From: Eledone cirrhosa
Lineage: Eukaryota
Assembly (NCBI GenBank): GCA_964016885.1
Contig: OZ024754.1
Span: forward strand, 38,130,001 to 38,194,000
Length of the DNA stretch: 64,000 nucleotides
Reading direction: 5' to 3'
Made by a program: the position numbers and the translations under genes. Positions 24,705 through 37,968 of the stretch are shown here, one piece after another. Each line of letters begins with the position of its first letter. Position 1 is the first letter of the stretch. The notes below the pieces were generated by a model, which worked only from the letters and a program-made list of their open reading frames with translations, was not told the origin of the DNA and did not search any database.

Positions 24705-26000
24705 TTATTTCTTTATTTGCCACTAGGGCGCACAAGAAAAGGGGACAATACAAAGACATATGGCAGGGATTTTACATACAGTCGTGTAAAAATATTGTAA
24801 CAAACAAATATAACAATCGAAATCCCCAATAGGGGGGCAGGCGCCACAAATGGGTTGTTTAATACCCCGTCAATAGAACAACCCTCAACTTCAGGAATGT
24901 GTTGTGCAAATGCTCCCTTCTTCCTTTTGCTCTCTTCTTTAACCTACAGGCTTATAAACAGAGAAGGCCCAATCACTCGGGCCATTTTCGCTTCATTCAC
25001 CCACCTTTCAGTAAATTTACTGGGGTACAGTGCCTCTCTCTCCACTCTGATTCTCCTTCTAAAGTGATGCTTAAAGAAGTGAATCAATTGTTGTCTGGAG
25101 AGAAAGCCATCTGTCCTCAGCCCTCTCAATCTCATCCACCATATAACCTCTTTCACCATAGCCACTGTACAGAGGAAAACCGCCTCTCTTTCGTTATTGA
25201 AAGAGGCTGGCGGTTTGATCCTTACTATGGACTCGGCAGTCAACTGGATTTGTCCCATACGCGACAGCAGTTGTTCTGCATAGTTCCACAGGTCGTTTAC
25301 GCCCGGGCAGTGTACAATTGCGTGCAAGACGGTTTCAATGTCCTGCTCACATCTTGGACACGTCCTCTTGGAAGGATCCCTGCCGGGGCGTCCGTGCCTG
25401 TAGATCTTATCTCGAACAGGTAGAGCTCCTCGGTAACAATGCTACCGAACAGACTGGTGAGCTCGTCGTCTTCGATGCCTAGAGTCTGCCCGAGCACGTC
25501 GTCGCACTTGTAAAATGCTAACCCTCTATAGAATGTCGAAGTGGAGTCTCCACTGATTGCTGTGCCCACTTGACAGAAGATTGTGACTGCCTGGGCGCAT
25601 TCAATGTGCCAGGCGCCCATCTTCTTCAGTCTTCGCTTCACCTAGGACTGCAGCTCCGTCAGCGAGACAAATTGTGGGAAGGCCTGTCTCACAAACGGTG
25701 CCCACACTGGTTGGTCGGTGAGGAATACCTAGAGATGCCGTAACCTCAGCGGATATTTGTCATCATTAGCCATGGCATGCCCAGCTCTCCGTTGGAAGGG
25801 GGTTGACAGCAGACGGATCTCCTCACCAGTGGGGCCTGCTTCTTCCTCAGGAACTGAAAGAGCATGCTGTGTTCCATCTTGGTGAGGTATTCACGGGGAC
25901 AAGGCATGACAGTCAAGCGGTAGTAGATGACGGACGCTATAAAAGTGTTCGCCACCTCCGCTCGACCTTTCAAAAGCAGTTTGCACTCTGCCCACTTCAT
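24705..26000 (-). mobile_element. L1/Tx1-clade LINE 3' fragment (frameshifted)
   Basis: GELGMP, ETVLHAIVHC (zf-RVT) and FTERWV motifs; AATAAAGAAAA 3' end abutting a (GATA/GACA)n tract. Confidence 0.8.
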
Positions 26001-26153
26001 GACTATGAAAGGAAGGAGGTGCAGTGGTGGAGGTGAAGATAGTTGAGAGAGGTGGGAGGGGGGGGGGATAGTGGAGAGGGGAAAGGGTGAGGATAAGAGA
26101 GATTGGAAGATGGTAAGTAGAGGGAGGGGATGGGGTAACTTAACAGAACTCAC

Positions 26154-26232
26154 CTGTAAAACTCCTCCCTTTCACGTTCATCCAATTCTCCAGAAATGTA
26201 ATTTAATGTACGCTCAATTCGTGGAATGATAA
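26154..26232 (-). CDS. ATP6V1D: V-ATPase subunit D exon 6 (V)[25 protein letters not shown](R)
   Basis: tttttcag acceptor, gtgagt donor; 79 nt, phase 1/2; highly conserved [15 protein letters not shown]. Confidence 0.97.
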
Positions 26233-26247
26233 CTGAAAAATATAAAT

Positions 26248-27447
26248 ATCACATTGACAGAGAGAGATGTCAGATTGACAGAGAAATATGTCAGATTGAC
26301 AGAGAGAGAGATGTCAGATTGACAGAGAGAGATGTCACATTGACAGAGAGAGATGTCACATTGACAGAGAGAGATGTCAGATTGACAGAGAGAGATGTCA
26401 GATTGACAGAGAGAGATGTCAGATTGACAGAGAGAGATGTCAGATTGACAGAGAAATATGTCAGATTGACAGAGAGAGAGATGTCACATTGACAGAGAGA
26501 GATGTCAGATTGACAGAGAGAGATGTCACATTGACAGAGAGAGATGTCAGATTGACAGAGAGAGATGTCAGATTGACAGAGAGAGATGTCAGATTGACAG
26601 AGAAATATGTCAGATTGACACAGAGAGAGATGTCACATTGACAGAGAGAGATGTCAGATTGACAGAGAGAGATGTCACATTGACAGAGAGAGATGTCACA
26701 TTGACAGAGAGATATGTCAGATTGACATAGAGATATGTCAGATTGACAGAGAGAGATGTCACATTGACAGAGAGATATATCAGATTGACAGAGAGAGATG
26801 TCACATTGACAGAGAGATATGTCAGATTGACAGAGAGAGAGCGTCAGATTGACAGAGAGAGATGTCACATTGACCGAGAGAGATGTCAGATTGACAGAGA
26901 GAGATGTCAGATTGACAGAGAGAGATGTCAGATTGACAGAGAGAGATGTCACATTGACAGAGAGAGATGTCAGATTGACAGAGAGAGATGTCAGATTGAC
27001 AGAGAGAGATGTCAGATTGACAGAGAGAGATGTCAGATAGACAGAGAGAGATGTCACATTGACAGAGAGAGATGTCACATTGATAGAGAGAGATGTCACA
27101 TTGACAGGGAGAGATGTCACATTGACAGGGAGAGATGTCACATTGACAGAGAGATCTCAGATTGACAGAAGAGATATAAGATTGACAGAGAGAGATATAA
27201 GATTGACAGAGAGAGATGTCACATTGACAGAGAGAGATGTCACATTGACAGAGAGAGATGTCACATTGACAGAGAGAGATGTCAGATAGACAAAGAGAGA
27301 TGTCACATTGACAGAGAGAGATACCACATTGACAGAGAGAGATAGATGTCACATTGACAGAGAGAGATGTCACATTGACAGAGAGATGTTACATTGACAG
27401 AGAGAGAGATGTCACATTGACAGAGAGAGATGTCACATTGACAGAGA
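26248..27447. repeat. 21-bp minisatellite (GACAGAGAGAGATGTCAGATT)n, about 57 copies, in ATP6V1D intron 5
   Basis: Direct tandem array filling most of the intron. Confidence 0.96.
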
Positions 27448-27622
27448 TAACAACAATGACAGTGGCAGCAATAACAGCAGCAACAACAATAACAAAAGCA
27501 GCAGGTACAACAGCATCAACAGCAACAGTGACAGCAATAACAACAGCAGCAACAATAACAACAACAACAGCAGCATCAGCCTCAGCAGCTACAACAGCAA
27601 TAACAATGAGATTTCAACTGAC

Positions 27623-27793
27623 CATGTTCGATAGCATTGACTCTTCTGTTGGTCAGTTTAATAACCTCATCTAAGGTGACAAAGGACGTCTGTAAAGAAG
27701 CCAGTTCAACAAGATGCTGTACAGCTTTGGCATAATTCTTCTTCAGTTTGTCAATCTGTTGTCCACCTCGAGACAGTCCAGTGAGTTCATTGG
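27623..27793 (-). CDS. ATP6V1D: V-ATPase subunit D exon 5 (T)NELTGLSRGGQQIDKLKKNYAKAVQHLVELASLQTSFVTLDEVIKLTNRRVNAIEH
   Basis: ctccag acceptor, gtcagt donor; 171 nt, phase 1/1; LVELASLQTSF and TNRRVNAIEH motifs. Confidence 0.97.
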
Positions 27794-28339
27794 CTGGAGG
27801 TAGAAAAAAATGATATGTTACATGAAATGATATGTAACCCTTTAGTATTTACATTACTCTATATTTACTATAGTATTATCTCACATAATATTGAATCTAC
27901 AAGATTTTGATGTTATTTATTTTGGGAACAATACCTTAACATTGGTATGAGCGGCCAGTTACAGCCGGTTTGAACAAGAAGAGGTGACAGAATTCTGGCC
28001 GGATACAGCCAGTTTAAATGCTAAAGGGTAAAATATGCTCAGATGATGTATATGTGTGTGTCTGGTGTTTATATGCGTATGAACATGTAGGTGTGAGTGT
28101 GTGTGTGTGTGTGTCTGGTGTTTATGTATGCGTATGAACATGTAGGTGTGAGTGTGTGTGTGTGTCTGGTGTTTATGTATGCATATGAACAGAAGACTGT
28201 GTTTACACAGGCATATGTGTATGAGCATGTAGGTGTGTGTGTGTGTATGGTGCTTATGAATGCATGTGAACAAAAGGTTGTGTTTATGTATGTGTATGTG
28301 TGAGTGTGAGTGTGAGTGTGAGTGTGTGAGTGTGTGTAT

Positions 28340-28630
28340 GTCCAGCTGGATCCCCGAGTGAGACCAGCTAAGTTCATGGATGTTATCCAATCATCTTGCT
28401 TGGAGTCTACCACTGGGTCTCTTGCTGGTTGGTTTTGCCCATGAAATCTGTCAGGCAATTCTTTCTTGAGACATTTTAACCACATGCCCATAGTATCGGA
28501 AGTGTGATCTCTCAATTTGGAAAAGTAGTGACTCTACTTGGAGTGCCTCTCAATCTCTGAGCTACGTACTCTATTGAGTAACCTTACTCCAAAACCCTTC
28601 GGAAGAACTCCATTTCAGCCGTAAATTCTT
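28340..28630 (-). mobile_element. Degenerate RTE LINE fragment (same family as 55127-55500)
   Basis: AEMEFFRRV and RYYGHV remnants. Confidence 0.55.
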
Positions 28631-29278
28631 AAAATTATAAACTAGGTAGATGGGGTTGGAAAATCATTACTTTTTTAGGAAACTATAGTTTAAAAAATGG
28701 GTGACAGAGACGTCCAAACGAGTATGCTCCACCACCAACTAACTTACCCTCCGTCTCTGATTTCTGGCCAACAGGATGGAGAATTTGTTGCCTTGGAGGA
28801 CAGCGATGGGGACACACTGGAACAGCCACTCCACCTTGCAGGGCTCTCACTTGCTAGTGGTCAACTCTGCTCTGCTAGCATGACAGCAGTGAGAAGGGGT
28901 GTGGTCCAGGGGGGCCAAGAGTGACCCTGCTACAACAGGCTCTACCAAAACCCTATTCGAGAGTGGCCGATGCTTGGACAATTTGTCCTCTTTGGCTTGG
29001 TGGGTGGTAGAGCCTGGGCTGATAGCTGAATGCACCAGGTTGCCACATGGGTAGATGCCACAGAGCCGACTTGTTGAAAAGAGTGATTGTTTACAACTAT
29101 CTACATCACATTTGAGATGCTGAAAGTAAGGGCAATAGGTAGGTATCTCAAAATGAATAAAAAATGTTGCAGCTTTTTGTGCTGTTTCCATATACAAATA
29201 TGTTAGTGTGTGTGTGTGTGTGTGTGTGTATGTAGCGTGATAGTTTTTATGAGAAGAATAAAGAAAAGAAATACCTAC

Positions 29279-29323
29279 TGTCAGTTCCATCTTGGTAATG
29301 CTCAAAGATTGGTAATGTCACAC
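29279..29323 (-). CDS. ATP6V1D: V-ATPase subunit D exon 4 (G)VTLPIFEHYQDGTD
   Basis: ttacag acceptor, gtaggt donor; 45 nt, phase 1/1; GVTLP motif. Confidence 0.94.
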
Positions 29324-30578
29324 CTGTAATAGAAATTGACTCCATCATTAAAAGGATCAATAAGATTATTGTGGTGATGATGATGGTGATAGTGACGATG
29401 GTGGTGGTGGTAGTGATGATGATGATGATGATTATGATGGTCATCATCATTGTTTAACATCTATTTTTCATGCTGGCATGGGCTAGATGCGTTGTCACAT
29501 TTTGGGGCTAGACCAGTCAGGTTACTAGGTCTTGCTCATATGTTCTGCTTTAACATGGTTTCTATGGCTGGAGGCCTTTCCGAACAGCAACCACTGTACA
29601 GAGTGTACTGGGTGCTTGTTATCATAGCACCAGCACTACCACTGTACAGGGTGGACTGTGAGTATTTTATCGTGGCACCAGCACTACATCGCAGAAACAG
29701 TGTATCAGCACACACTGAAGTTCTTATGGTACTGATGAGAAAGATGATGATGATATTGATGGAAATAGTTATGAGGACAATCAAATCAATCACACATCTG
29801 ATGCTAAATGGTAATGTCACACTACACATACAATTTAGAACTTACATCCAATAATGGATGAAAGTCTTTTCTTGTAACAGCAAAGATTTTAACAAGGGCT
29901 AGCCCCATAATGCATGCAAATATGATTGTGGTAACACACAGACATCAACAAATAACGTACATTAAAATGTGCTGAGTGCTTGAAGTGGATGGAACCTGTG
30001 GAAGAGAGAGACCTAGGAAGACATGGGCTGAAGTTGTGAAAAATGACTTCAAGATATCACAGGACCAAGCTGACTGGTGATATACCATAATATAAGAGAG
30101 CCAGCCACCTGTACAAGCAATGTGACATTAAACAGAAATGTAGAGTGACCGGAGGTTAATGTGTTAAGAATCAAAGGGAGATAATAATAAGGTTGGAGAG
30201 GATCCTTTCTGGATGAGCATGTAACACCTACAGTGTTGGTCGAACAATAAAATGCATCCAGTACACTCTGTAAAATGGTAGTGATGATGCCATGAAAAAA
30301 CACACCCAGTACACTCTGTAAAGTGATATAATGGTGTCATGATAAAACACACCTAGTGCATTCTGTGAGGATGTAGTGGTGGTTCCACAAAAACATGCCC
30401 TCTATAAAGTGATGGTATCATGAAAAAAACGCACCCAGTGCATGCTGTAAGGTGGTTCGTGTTCAGAAGGACATCCAACTACCAGCCTAACCGTTGCGTC
30501 CCAAGAGTAATCTATCCACTAACCCATCCGTGACCAACCAGTTTATGCACAAATATAGTTTAAAACTAATATACTTAC

Positions 30579-30726
30579 CAGCAACATTCTCTTTTTTAGA
30601 TCGAACCTTAATTTGGGCCTTGTTAACATTTTGTAGGACAATGTGATTGAAATCACCGGTAGTAAACTTGGCCTCGGCTAAGGAAAATGTTGCTTCTTTC
30701 ATTATATCTCCCATCAGCATCTTCGT
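30579..30726 (-). CDS. ATP6V1D: V-ATPase subunit D exon 3 TKMLMGDIMKEATFSLAEAKFTTGDFNHIVLQNVNKAQIKVRSKKENVA(G)
   Basis: catccag acceptor, gtaagt donor; 148 nt, phase 0/1; overlaps ORF-track entry 30487..30720. Confidence 0.97.
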
Positions 30727-31929
30727 CTGGATGTAAAAAAAGAAAATATACGGATTTGATTAATAAAAAAAAACCCACCTGCCTCAAGGGAAACAAAAAA
30801 AACAACAACAAAAAACATTTAAAAAAAAAACAGCCAAAGTGAACTTCTTAACCACAGACATACTTCTGTGGTTAAGAAGTTCACTTTGTAGGTACATAGT
30901 TTCAGGTTCAGTGCGAGTGAAATTTGGTAAACAGAAACTGTGTGGAAGCCTATTGGAGGGGATTATTCTTATGTTGGTGTGAAAGACTGAAAACCACCAC
31001 AGATATCAACAAAACTACCTGGCCTATAGGAGCCAATAAAAGAGTGTCCTCTGATGTAAACATTTGGACCAGGTCTGATATCTCTTGTCTTCCTCTCACA
31101 AATCTTGGAGGCTTAGTAAAAAGTTACTGGTGCTCTTCTGACTCCTCATGTTTAGATGTACAGTGTATGTATGTGTGTGTGTTTTCTTTAAAAAGCTAAT
31201 GTATAATACAAACCGTGAAGCAGTGGTAATATGTTAAATATTTATTTAAACCAGATGTATCCGGCCTGAATTCTCTCACCGCTTTCTGTTCAAACTTCCC
31301 TAACTGGCCACACATACCATCCTTAAGGTATTGTTTTCAACATAAATTATAACATCATCAAAATCTTGTAGATTTAAAATTATGAGAGATAAAGCCTTTA
31401 CTGCTAAAATACAATATCAAATATAGAATAATGTAAATTCTAAAGGGTTAAGGGTTCTTACAACTGTCATTGTGGCTACAATGTTAATTTATTGAGCCCT
31501 GAGGGAATGAAAAGTAGATGAACTCTTGCATTACCATATTTCTAATAAAAAAAAAACACACTACCTAAGTGTTTTGAAGAATTTTTGAAAATAACTAAAA
31601 ATTTAGATGGATTTTGTAGAACTACTAACTTTGCTATTATTAAACTTGTCATTGGAATATAATTAATGGAAGGTTTTAATTTAAATATATATGATGAGCG
31701 GAGATAACATCTTCATATGTAACAGAGAAGCGATACTATCACACGCTTAAAACATTATACAAGATAGCTAAGTGATCAGATAACAATTGTAAGTTGAGAC
31801 AGTGGCTCAACTGTAAATGGAGTAGTTACCCAGAGAAGTTTTCACCAATGGCAAACTTGTTTATCAACAATGGAACACCATTGCTTGAAATATTAGATAT
31901 GTGTGTGGTGTGTGTGTATATATATATAT

Positions 31930-32252
31930 TATCATCATTTTACGTTCGCTTTTCCCTGCTTGCAAGGGTGGGACGGGAACTGATTCTGGCTTGATTTCTA
32001 CAGCTGGATGCCCTTCCTAACACCAACCTCATTTACAGTGAGTGCTGGGTGCTTTTTTGCCGTGGCACCTACATGTCCACTTTACTGTGGAATGATAGGG
32101 ACCTCAGTCCCTATCATCTCATTTCTACAGCTGAGTAAACTGGAGCAATGTGAAATAAAGTGTCTTGCTCAAGGAAACAACACATCACCCGGTCTGAGAA
32201 TTGAACTCACAACCTTTCGATTGCAAGGCCAATGCTCTAACCACTAAGCCAT
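31930..32252 (-). mobile_element. tRNA-derived SINE with RTE tail type B
   Basis: Reverse complement of the 42729-43062 copy. Confidence 0.85.
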
Positions 32253-32391
32253 ATATAAAAGTATATATAAATATATACATATTTTGTCTATACACATATA
32301 TATACATATTTGTATAAATGTAAGATTTTATATTATAGAATCATGGTTAGTCTCTGGTGGGTAAGTATGGAAAGGATTAAAGTTTAGCAGG

Positions 32392-32825
32392 ATTTGATGC
32401 TGCATGGTAGTGAGACATGGGCAGCAACTGCAGAAGATATGCGACGGCTGGAGAGAAATGAAGCAAGCATGTTCCGATGGATGTGCAATGTCAATGTGCA
32501 TGAACGACCAAGCATAGACGAGTTGAGAGAGAAACTGGGTATAAGAGGGATAAGCTGTAGTGTGCGGGAGAGAAGACTGAGATGGTATGGACATGTGATG
32601 CGCATGGAGGATGACCGCTGGGTAAAGAAGTGCCAAGAAATTCCAGTAGAAGGAAGACACAGTAGAGGAAGACCATGAAAATCATGGGCGGAGGTGGTGA
32701 GAGCTGACCACAGATTGCTGAAGCTCACGGAAGAGATGACGAAGGACCGTGACGAATGGAGAGATGCTGTGCTGAATAGGACCCGTCCCACCCTTGCAAG
32801 CAGGGAAAAGCGGATGTATGATGAA
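32392..32825 (+). mobile_element. RTE LINE 3' fragment
   Basis: LHGSETW...RLRWYGHVMRM...GRP; tail CCCTTGCAAGCAGGGAAAAGCGGA. Confidence 0.88.
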
Positions 32826-33630
32826 CCATGTGAATAAGGTACCATACAAAACTAGACTGTTTGTCTTCAGATGGAAGCTGATAGAGATGTGAGACACTCT
32901 GGTACCAGGGTTCAGCATAAGATATGATGCAGTTCTTTACAGACAGTAGAAGATCCTCTTGACCATTGATTAACTCCCGCTGAACAAGCCAACAAAGAAG
33001 GAGCTTTTTTTCATCACTCTGTTTGCTAGAAAAGCAGCTAAATCACCCTTGTTAGCACCAGATTTCAAAGGCATCTTCAAAAGAAGATAGCAAATAATAT
33101 GAGTTTTTTTCCACTGGAGTGGATAATAGAGTTAATTAAGATGAGCTCTGTATATTAATGGTGCTTCCTTAATCTTTAATATTCTGTAATGACTTAGAAG
33201 AGCATGTCTAAAAACAAGTTTGTTAATTCAAATGATTATAATATATCTTTACTACTGAACAGATCATTGGGAAGATTTGCAGTGTTATATTCTAACATCC
33301 TGTCATAATTTAGCAGAAAATATCTAAAAACTGAGAGACGAAAAGTTGTCAAATAGAATGCCTTGCAGTATATATACTGGCTTCCTGAGTTCAAATCCTG
33401 CAGAGGTCATCCTTTCGAGGTCAATAAAAAAAAGTACCAGTCTACTACTGGAATCGATTCTTCCTCTATATCTCTTTCTCATTTCCTCTCTCTCCTTCTC
33501 TAGAAGAATCCAACCTTATTCAGAGTTGGAGAGGAGATGGGCTCCACTAGATTTAAAATACCCAAGACATGTTGTGTGTCACTATGGCACCCCTATGACC
33601 AAATCGGGAGTTACAGGTTAAAAAGAAAAG

Positions 33631-36600
33631 CTGGAAATAGTGATAGTCTGAACTGATCTGGAAATAGTGATAGTCTGAACTGATCTGGAAATAGTGGTAG
33701 TTTGAACTGATCTGGAAATAGTGATAGTCTGAACTGATCTGGAAATAGTGATAAACTGAACTGATCTGGAAATAGTGATAGTCTGAACTGATCTGGAAAT
33801 AGTGATAGTCTGAACTGATCTGGAAATAGTGGTAGTCTGAACTGATCTGGAAATAGTGATAGTCTGAACTGATCTGGAAATAGTGATAGTCTGAACTGAT
33901 CTGGAAATAGTGATAAACTGAACTGATCTGGAAATAGTGATAGTCTGAACTGATCTGGAAATAGTGATAGTCTGAACTGATCTGGAAATAGTGATAGTCT
34001 GAACTGATCTGGAAATAGTGATAAACTGAACTGATCTGGAAATAGTGATAGTCTGAACTGATCTGGAAATAGTGATAGTCTGAACTGATCTGGAAATAGT
34101 GGTAGTCTGAACTGATCTGGAAATAGTGATAGTCTGAACTGATCTGGAAATAGTGATAGTCTGAACTGATCTGGAAATAGTGATAGTCTGAACTGATCTG
34201 GAAATAGTGGTAGTCTGAATTGATCTGGAAATAGTGATAGCCTGAACTGATCTGGAAATAGTGGTAGTCTGAACTGATCTGGAAATAGTGATAAACTGAA
34301 CTGATCTGGAAATAGTGATAGTCTGAACTGATCTGGAAATAGTGATAGTCTGAACTGATCTGGAAATAGTGGTAGTCTGAACTGATCTGGAAATAGTGGT
34401 AGTCTGAACTGATCTGGAAATAGTGATAGTCTGAACTGATCTGGAAATAGTGATAGTCTGAACTGATCTGGAAATAGTGATAGTCTGAACTGATCTGGAA
34501 ATAGTGGTAGTCTGAACTGATCTGGAAATAGTGATAGTCTGAACTGATCTGGAAATAGTGGTAGTCTGAACTGATCTGGAAATAGTGATAGTCTGAACTG
34601 ATCTGGAAATAGTGGTAGTCTGAACTGATCTGGAAATAGTGGTAGTCTGAACTGATCTGGAAATAGTGGTAGTCTGAACTGATCTGGAAATAGTGGTAGT
34701 CTGAACTGATCTGGAAATAGTGGTAGTTTGAACTAATCTGGAAATAGTGGTAGTCTGAACTGATCTGGAAATAGTGATAGTTTGAACTGATCTGGAAATA
34801 GTGGTAGTCTGAACTGATCTGGAAATAGTGGTAGTCTGAACTGATCTGGAAATAGTGGTAGTCTGAACTGATCTGGAAATAGTGGTAGTTTGAACTGATC
34901 TGGAAATAGTGGTAGTCTGAACTGATCTGGAAATAGTGGTAGTTTGAACTGATCTGGAAATAGTGGTAGTCTGAACTGATCTGGAAATAGTGGTAGTTTG
35001 AACTGATCTGGAAATAGTGGTAGTCTGAACTAATCTGGAAATAGTGGTAGTTTGAACTGATCTGGAAATAGTGATAGTCTGAACTGATCTGGAAATAGTG
35101 GTAGTCTGAACTGATCTGGAAATAGTGGTAGTTTGAACTAATCTGGAAATAGTGGTAGTCTGAACTGATCTGGAAATAGTGGTAGTCTGAACTGATCTGG
35201 AAATAGTGGTAGTTTGAACTGATCTGGAAATAGTGGTAGTCTGAACTGATCTGGAAATAGTGGTAGTTTGAACTGATCTGGAAATAGTGGTAGTCTGAAC
35301 TGATCTGGAAATAGTGATAGTCTGAACTGATCTGGAAATAGTGGTAGTCTGAACTGATCTGGAAATAGTGATAGTCTGAACTGATCTGGAAATAGTGGTA
35401 GTCTGAACTGATCTGGAAATAGTGGTAGTCTGAACTGATCTGGAAATAGTGGTAGTCTGAACTGATCTGGAAATAGTGGTAGTCTGAACTGATCTGGAAA
35501 TAGTGGTAGTTTGAACTAATCTGGAAATAGTGGTAGTCTGAACTGATCTGGAAATAGTGATAGTTTGAACTGATCTGGAAATAGTGGTAGTCTGAACTGA
35601 TCTGGAAATAGTGGTAGTCTGAACTGATCTGGAAATAGTGGTAGTCTGAACTGATCTGGAAATAGTGGTAGTTTGAACTGATCTGGAAATAGTGGTAGTC
35701 TGAACTGATCTGGAAATAGTGGTAGTTTGAACTGATCTGGAAATAGTGGTAGTCTGAACTGATCTGGAAATAGTGGTAGTTTGAACTGATCTGGAAATAG
35801 TGGTAGTCTGAACTGATCTGGAAATAGTGGTAGTCTGAACTGATCTGGAAATAGTGGTAGTCTGAACTGATCTGGAAATAGTGGTAGTTTGAACTAATCT
35901 GGAAATAGTGGTAGTTTGAACTGATCTGGAAATAGTGGTAGTCTGAACTGATCTGGAAATAGTGGTAGTCTGAACTGATCTGGAAATAGTGGTAGTTTGA
36001 ACTAATCTGGAAATAGTGGTAGTCTGAACTGATCTGGAAATAGTGGTAGTCTGAACTGATCTGGAAATAGTGGTAGTCTGAACTGATCTGGAAATAGTGG
36101 TAGTTTGAACTAATCTGGAAATAGTGGTAGTCTGAACTGATCTGGAAATAGTGGTAGTCTGAACTGATCTGGAAATAGTGGTAGTCTGAACTGATCTGGA
36201 AATAGTGGTAGTTTGAACTAATCTGGAAATAGTGGTAGTCTGAACTGATCTGGAAATAGTGGTAGTCTGAACTGATCTGGAAATAGTGGTAGTTTGAACT
36301 AATCTGGAAATAGTGGTAGTCTGAACTGATCTGGAAATAGTGGTAGTCTGAACTGATCTGGAAATAGTGGTAGTCTGAACTGATCTGGAAATAGTGGTAG
36401 TTTGAACTAATCTGGAAATAGTGGTAGTCTGAACTGATCTGGAAATAGTGGTAGTCTGAACTGATCTGGAAATAGTGGTAGTCTGAACTGATCTGGAAAT
36501 AGTGGTAGTTTGAACTAATCTGGAAATAGTGGTAGTCTGAACTGATCTGGAAATAGTGGTAGTCTGAACTGATCTGGAAATAGTGGTAGTTTGAACTAAT

Positions 36601-37748
36601 CTGGAAATAGTGGTAGTCTGAACTGATCTGGAAATAGTGGTAGTCTGAACTGATCTGGAAATAGTGGTAGTTTGAACTGATCTGGAAATAGTGGTAGTCT
36701 GAACTGATCTGGAAATAGTGGTAGTTTGAACTAATCTGGAAATAGTGGTAGTCTGAACTGATCTGGAAATAGTGGTAGTTTGAACTAATCTGGAAATAGT
36801 GGTAGTCTGAACTGATCTGGAAATAGTGGTAGTCTGAACTGATCTGGAAATAGTGGTAGTTTGAACTAATCTGGAAATAGTGGTAGTCTGAACTGATCTG
36901 GAAATAGTGGTAGTCTGAACTGATCTGGAAATAGTGGTAGTCTGAACTGATCTGGAAATAGTGGTAGTTTGAACTAATCTGGAAATAGTGGTAGTCTGAA
37001 CTGATCTGGAAATAGTGGTAGTCTGAACTGATCTGGAAATAGTGGTAGTTTGAACTAATCTGGAAATAGTGGTAGTCTGAACTGATCTGGAAATAGTGGT
37101 AGTCTGAACTGATCTGGAAATAGTGGTAGTTTGAACTAATCTGGAAATAGTGGTAGTCTGAACTGATCTGGAAATAGTGGTAGTCTGAACTGATCTGGAA
37201 ATAGTGGTAGTTTGAACTAATCTGGAAATAGTGGTAGTCTGAACTGATCTGGAAATAGTGGTAGTCTGAACTGATCTGGAAATAGTGGTAGTCTGAACTA
37301 ATCTGGAAATAGTGGTAGTCTGAACTGATCTGGAAATAGTGGTAGTCTGAACTGATCTGGAAATAGTGATAGTCTGAACTGATCTGGAAATAGTGATAGT
37401 CTGAACTGATCTGGAAATAGTGGTAGTCTGAACTGATCTGGAAATAGTGGTAGTTTGAACTAATCTGGAAATAGTGGTAGTCTGAACTGATCTGGAAATA
37501 GTGGTAGTCTGAACTGATCTGGAAATAGTGATAGTCTGAACTAATCTGGAAATAGTGGTAGTTTGAACTAATCTGGAAATAGTGGTAGTCTGAACTGATC
37601 TGGAAATAGTGGTAGTCTGAACTGATCTGGAAATAGTGATAGTCTGAACTAATCTGGAAATAGTGGTAGTTTGAACTGATCTGGAAATAGTGGTAGTCTG
37701 AACTGATCTGGAAATAGTGATAGTCTGAACTGATCTGGAAATAGTGAT
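33631..37748. repeat. 27-bp satellite (CTGGAAATAGTGGTAGTCTGAACTGAT)n, about 152 copies, 4.1 kb, in ATP6V1D intron 2
   Basis: Highly homogeneous tandem array with a few recurrent point variants. Confidence 0.98.
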
Positions 37749-37850
37749 TTCTTTATGAAGTGAAGTAAAATGTTATTTTCTACCAGTTGGAAGTCAACCA
37801 GACTAACAACAACAAGTAAAAATACATTGGCTTCATTGATATTACTTTAC

Positions 37851-37968
37851 CTCAATGATCCGTTTTAGTATAGATCGAAACCTCAATGTCAATGCATCAG
37901 CTTTCTTCTTCAATAAACTGTGACCTTTCTGTGCTCCCTTCAACCTGGCCTTCATTAAGGTCAGAGCC
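37851..37968 (-). CDS. ATP6V1D: V-ATPase subunit D exon 2 (M)ALTLMKARLKGAQKGHSLLKKKADALTLRFRSILKRIIE
   Basis: ttctgcag acceptor, gtaaag donor; 118 nt, phase 2/0; KARLKGA and LLKKK.DAL motifs. Confidence 0.97.

Noticed and set aside
26226-27674. SLSVNLT / TERDVRL repeat proteins
   Set aside because: 21-bp intronic minisatellite and (ACA/GCA)n tract inside ATP6V1D.
33631-37748. Mucin-like coding exon (minus frames SVQTTTISR or ISSDYHYFQ appear open across the array)
   Set aside because: Openness follows from a stop-free 27-bp unit. There is no start codon or convincing donor, and ATP6V1D splices to a normal 248-aa protein without it. RNA-seq coverage would be needed to revive the idea.
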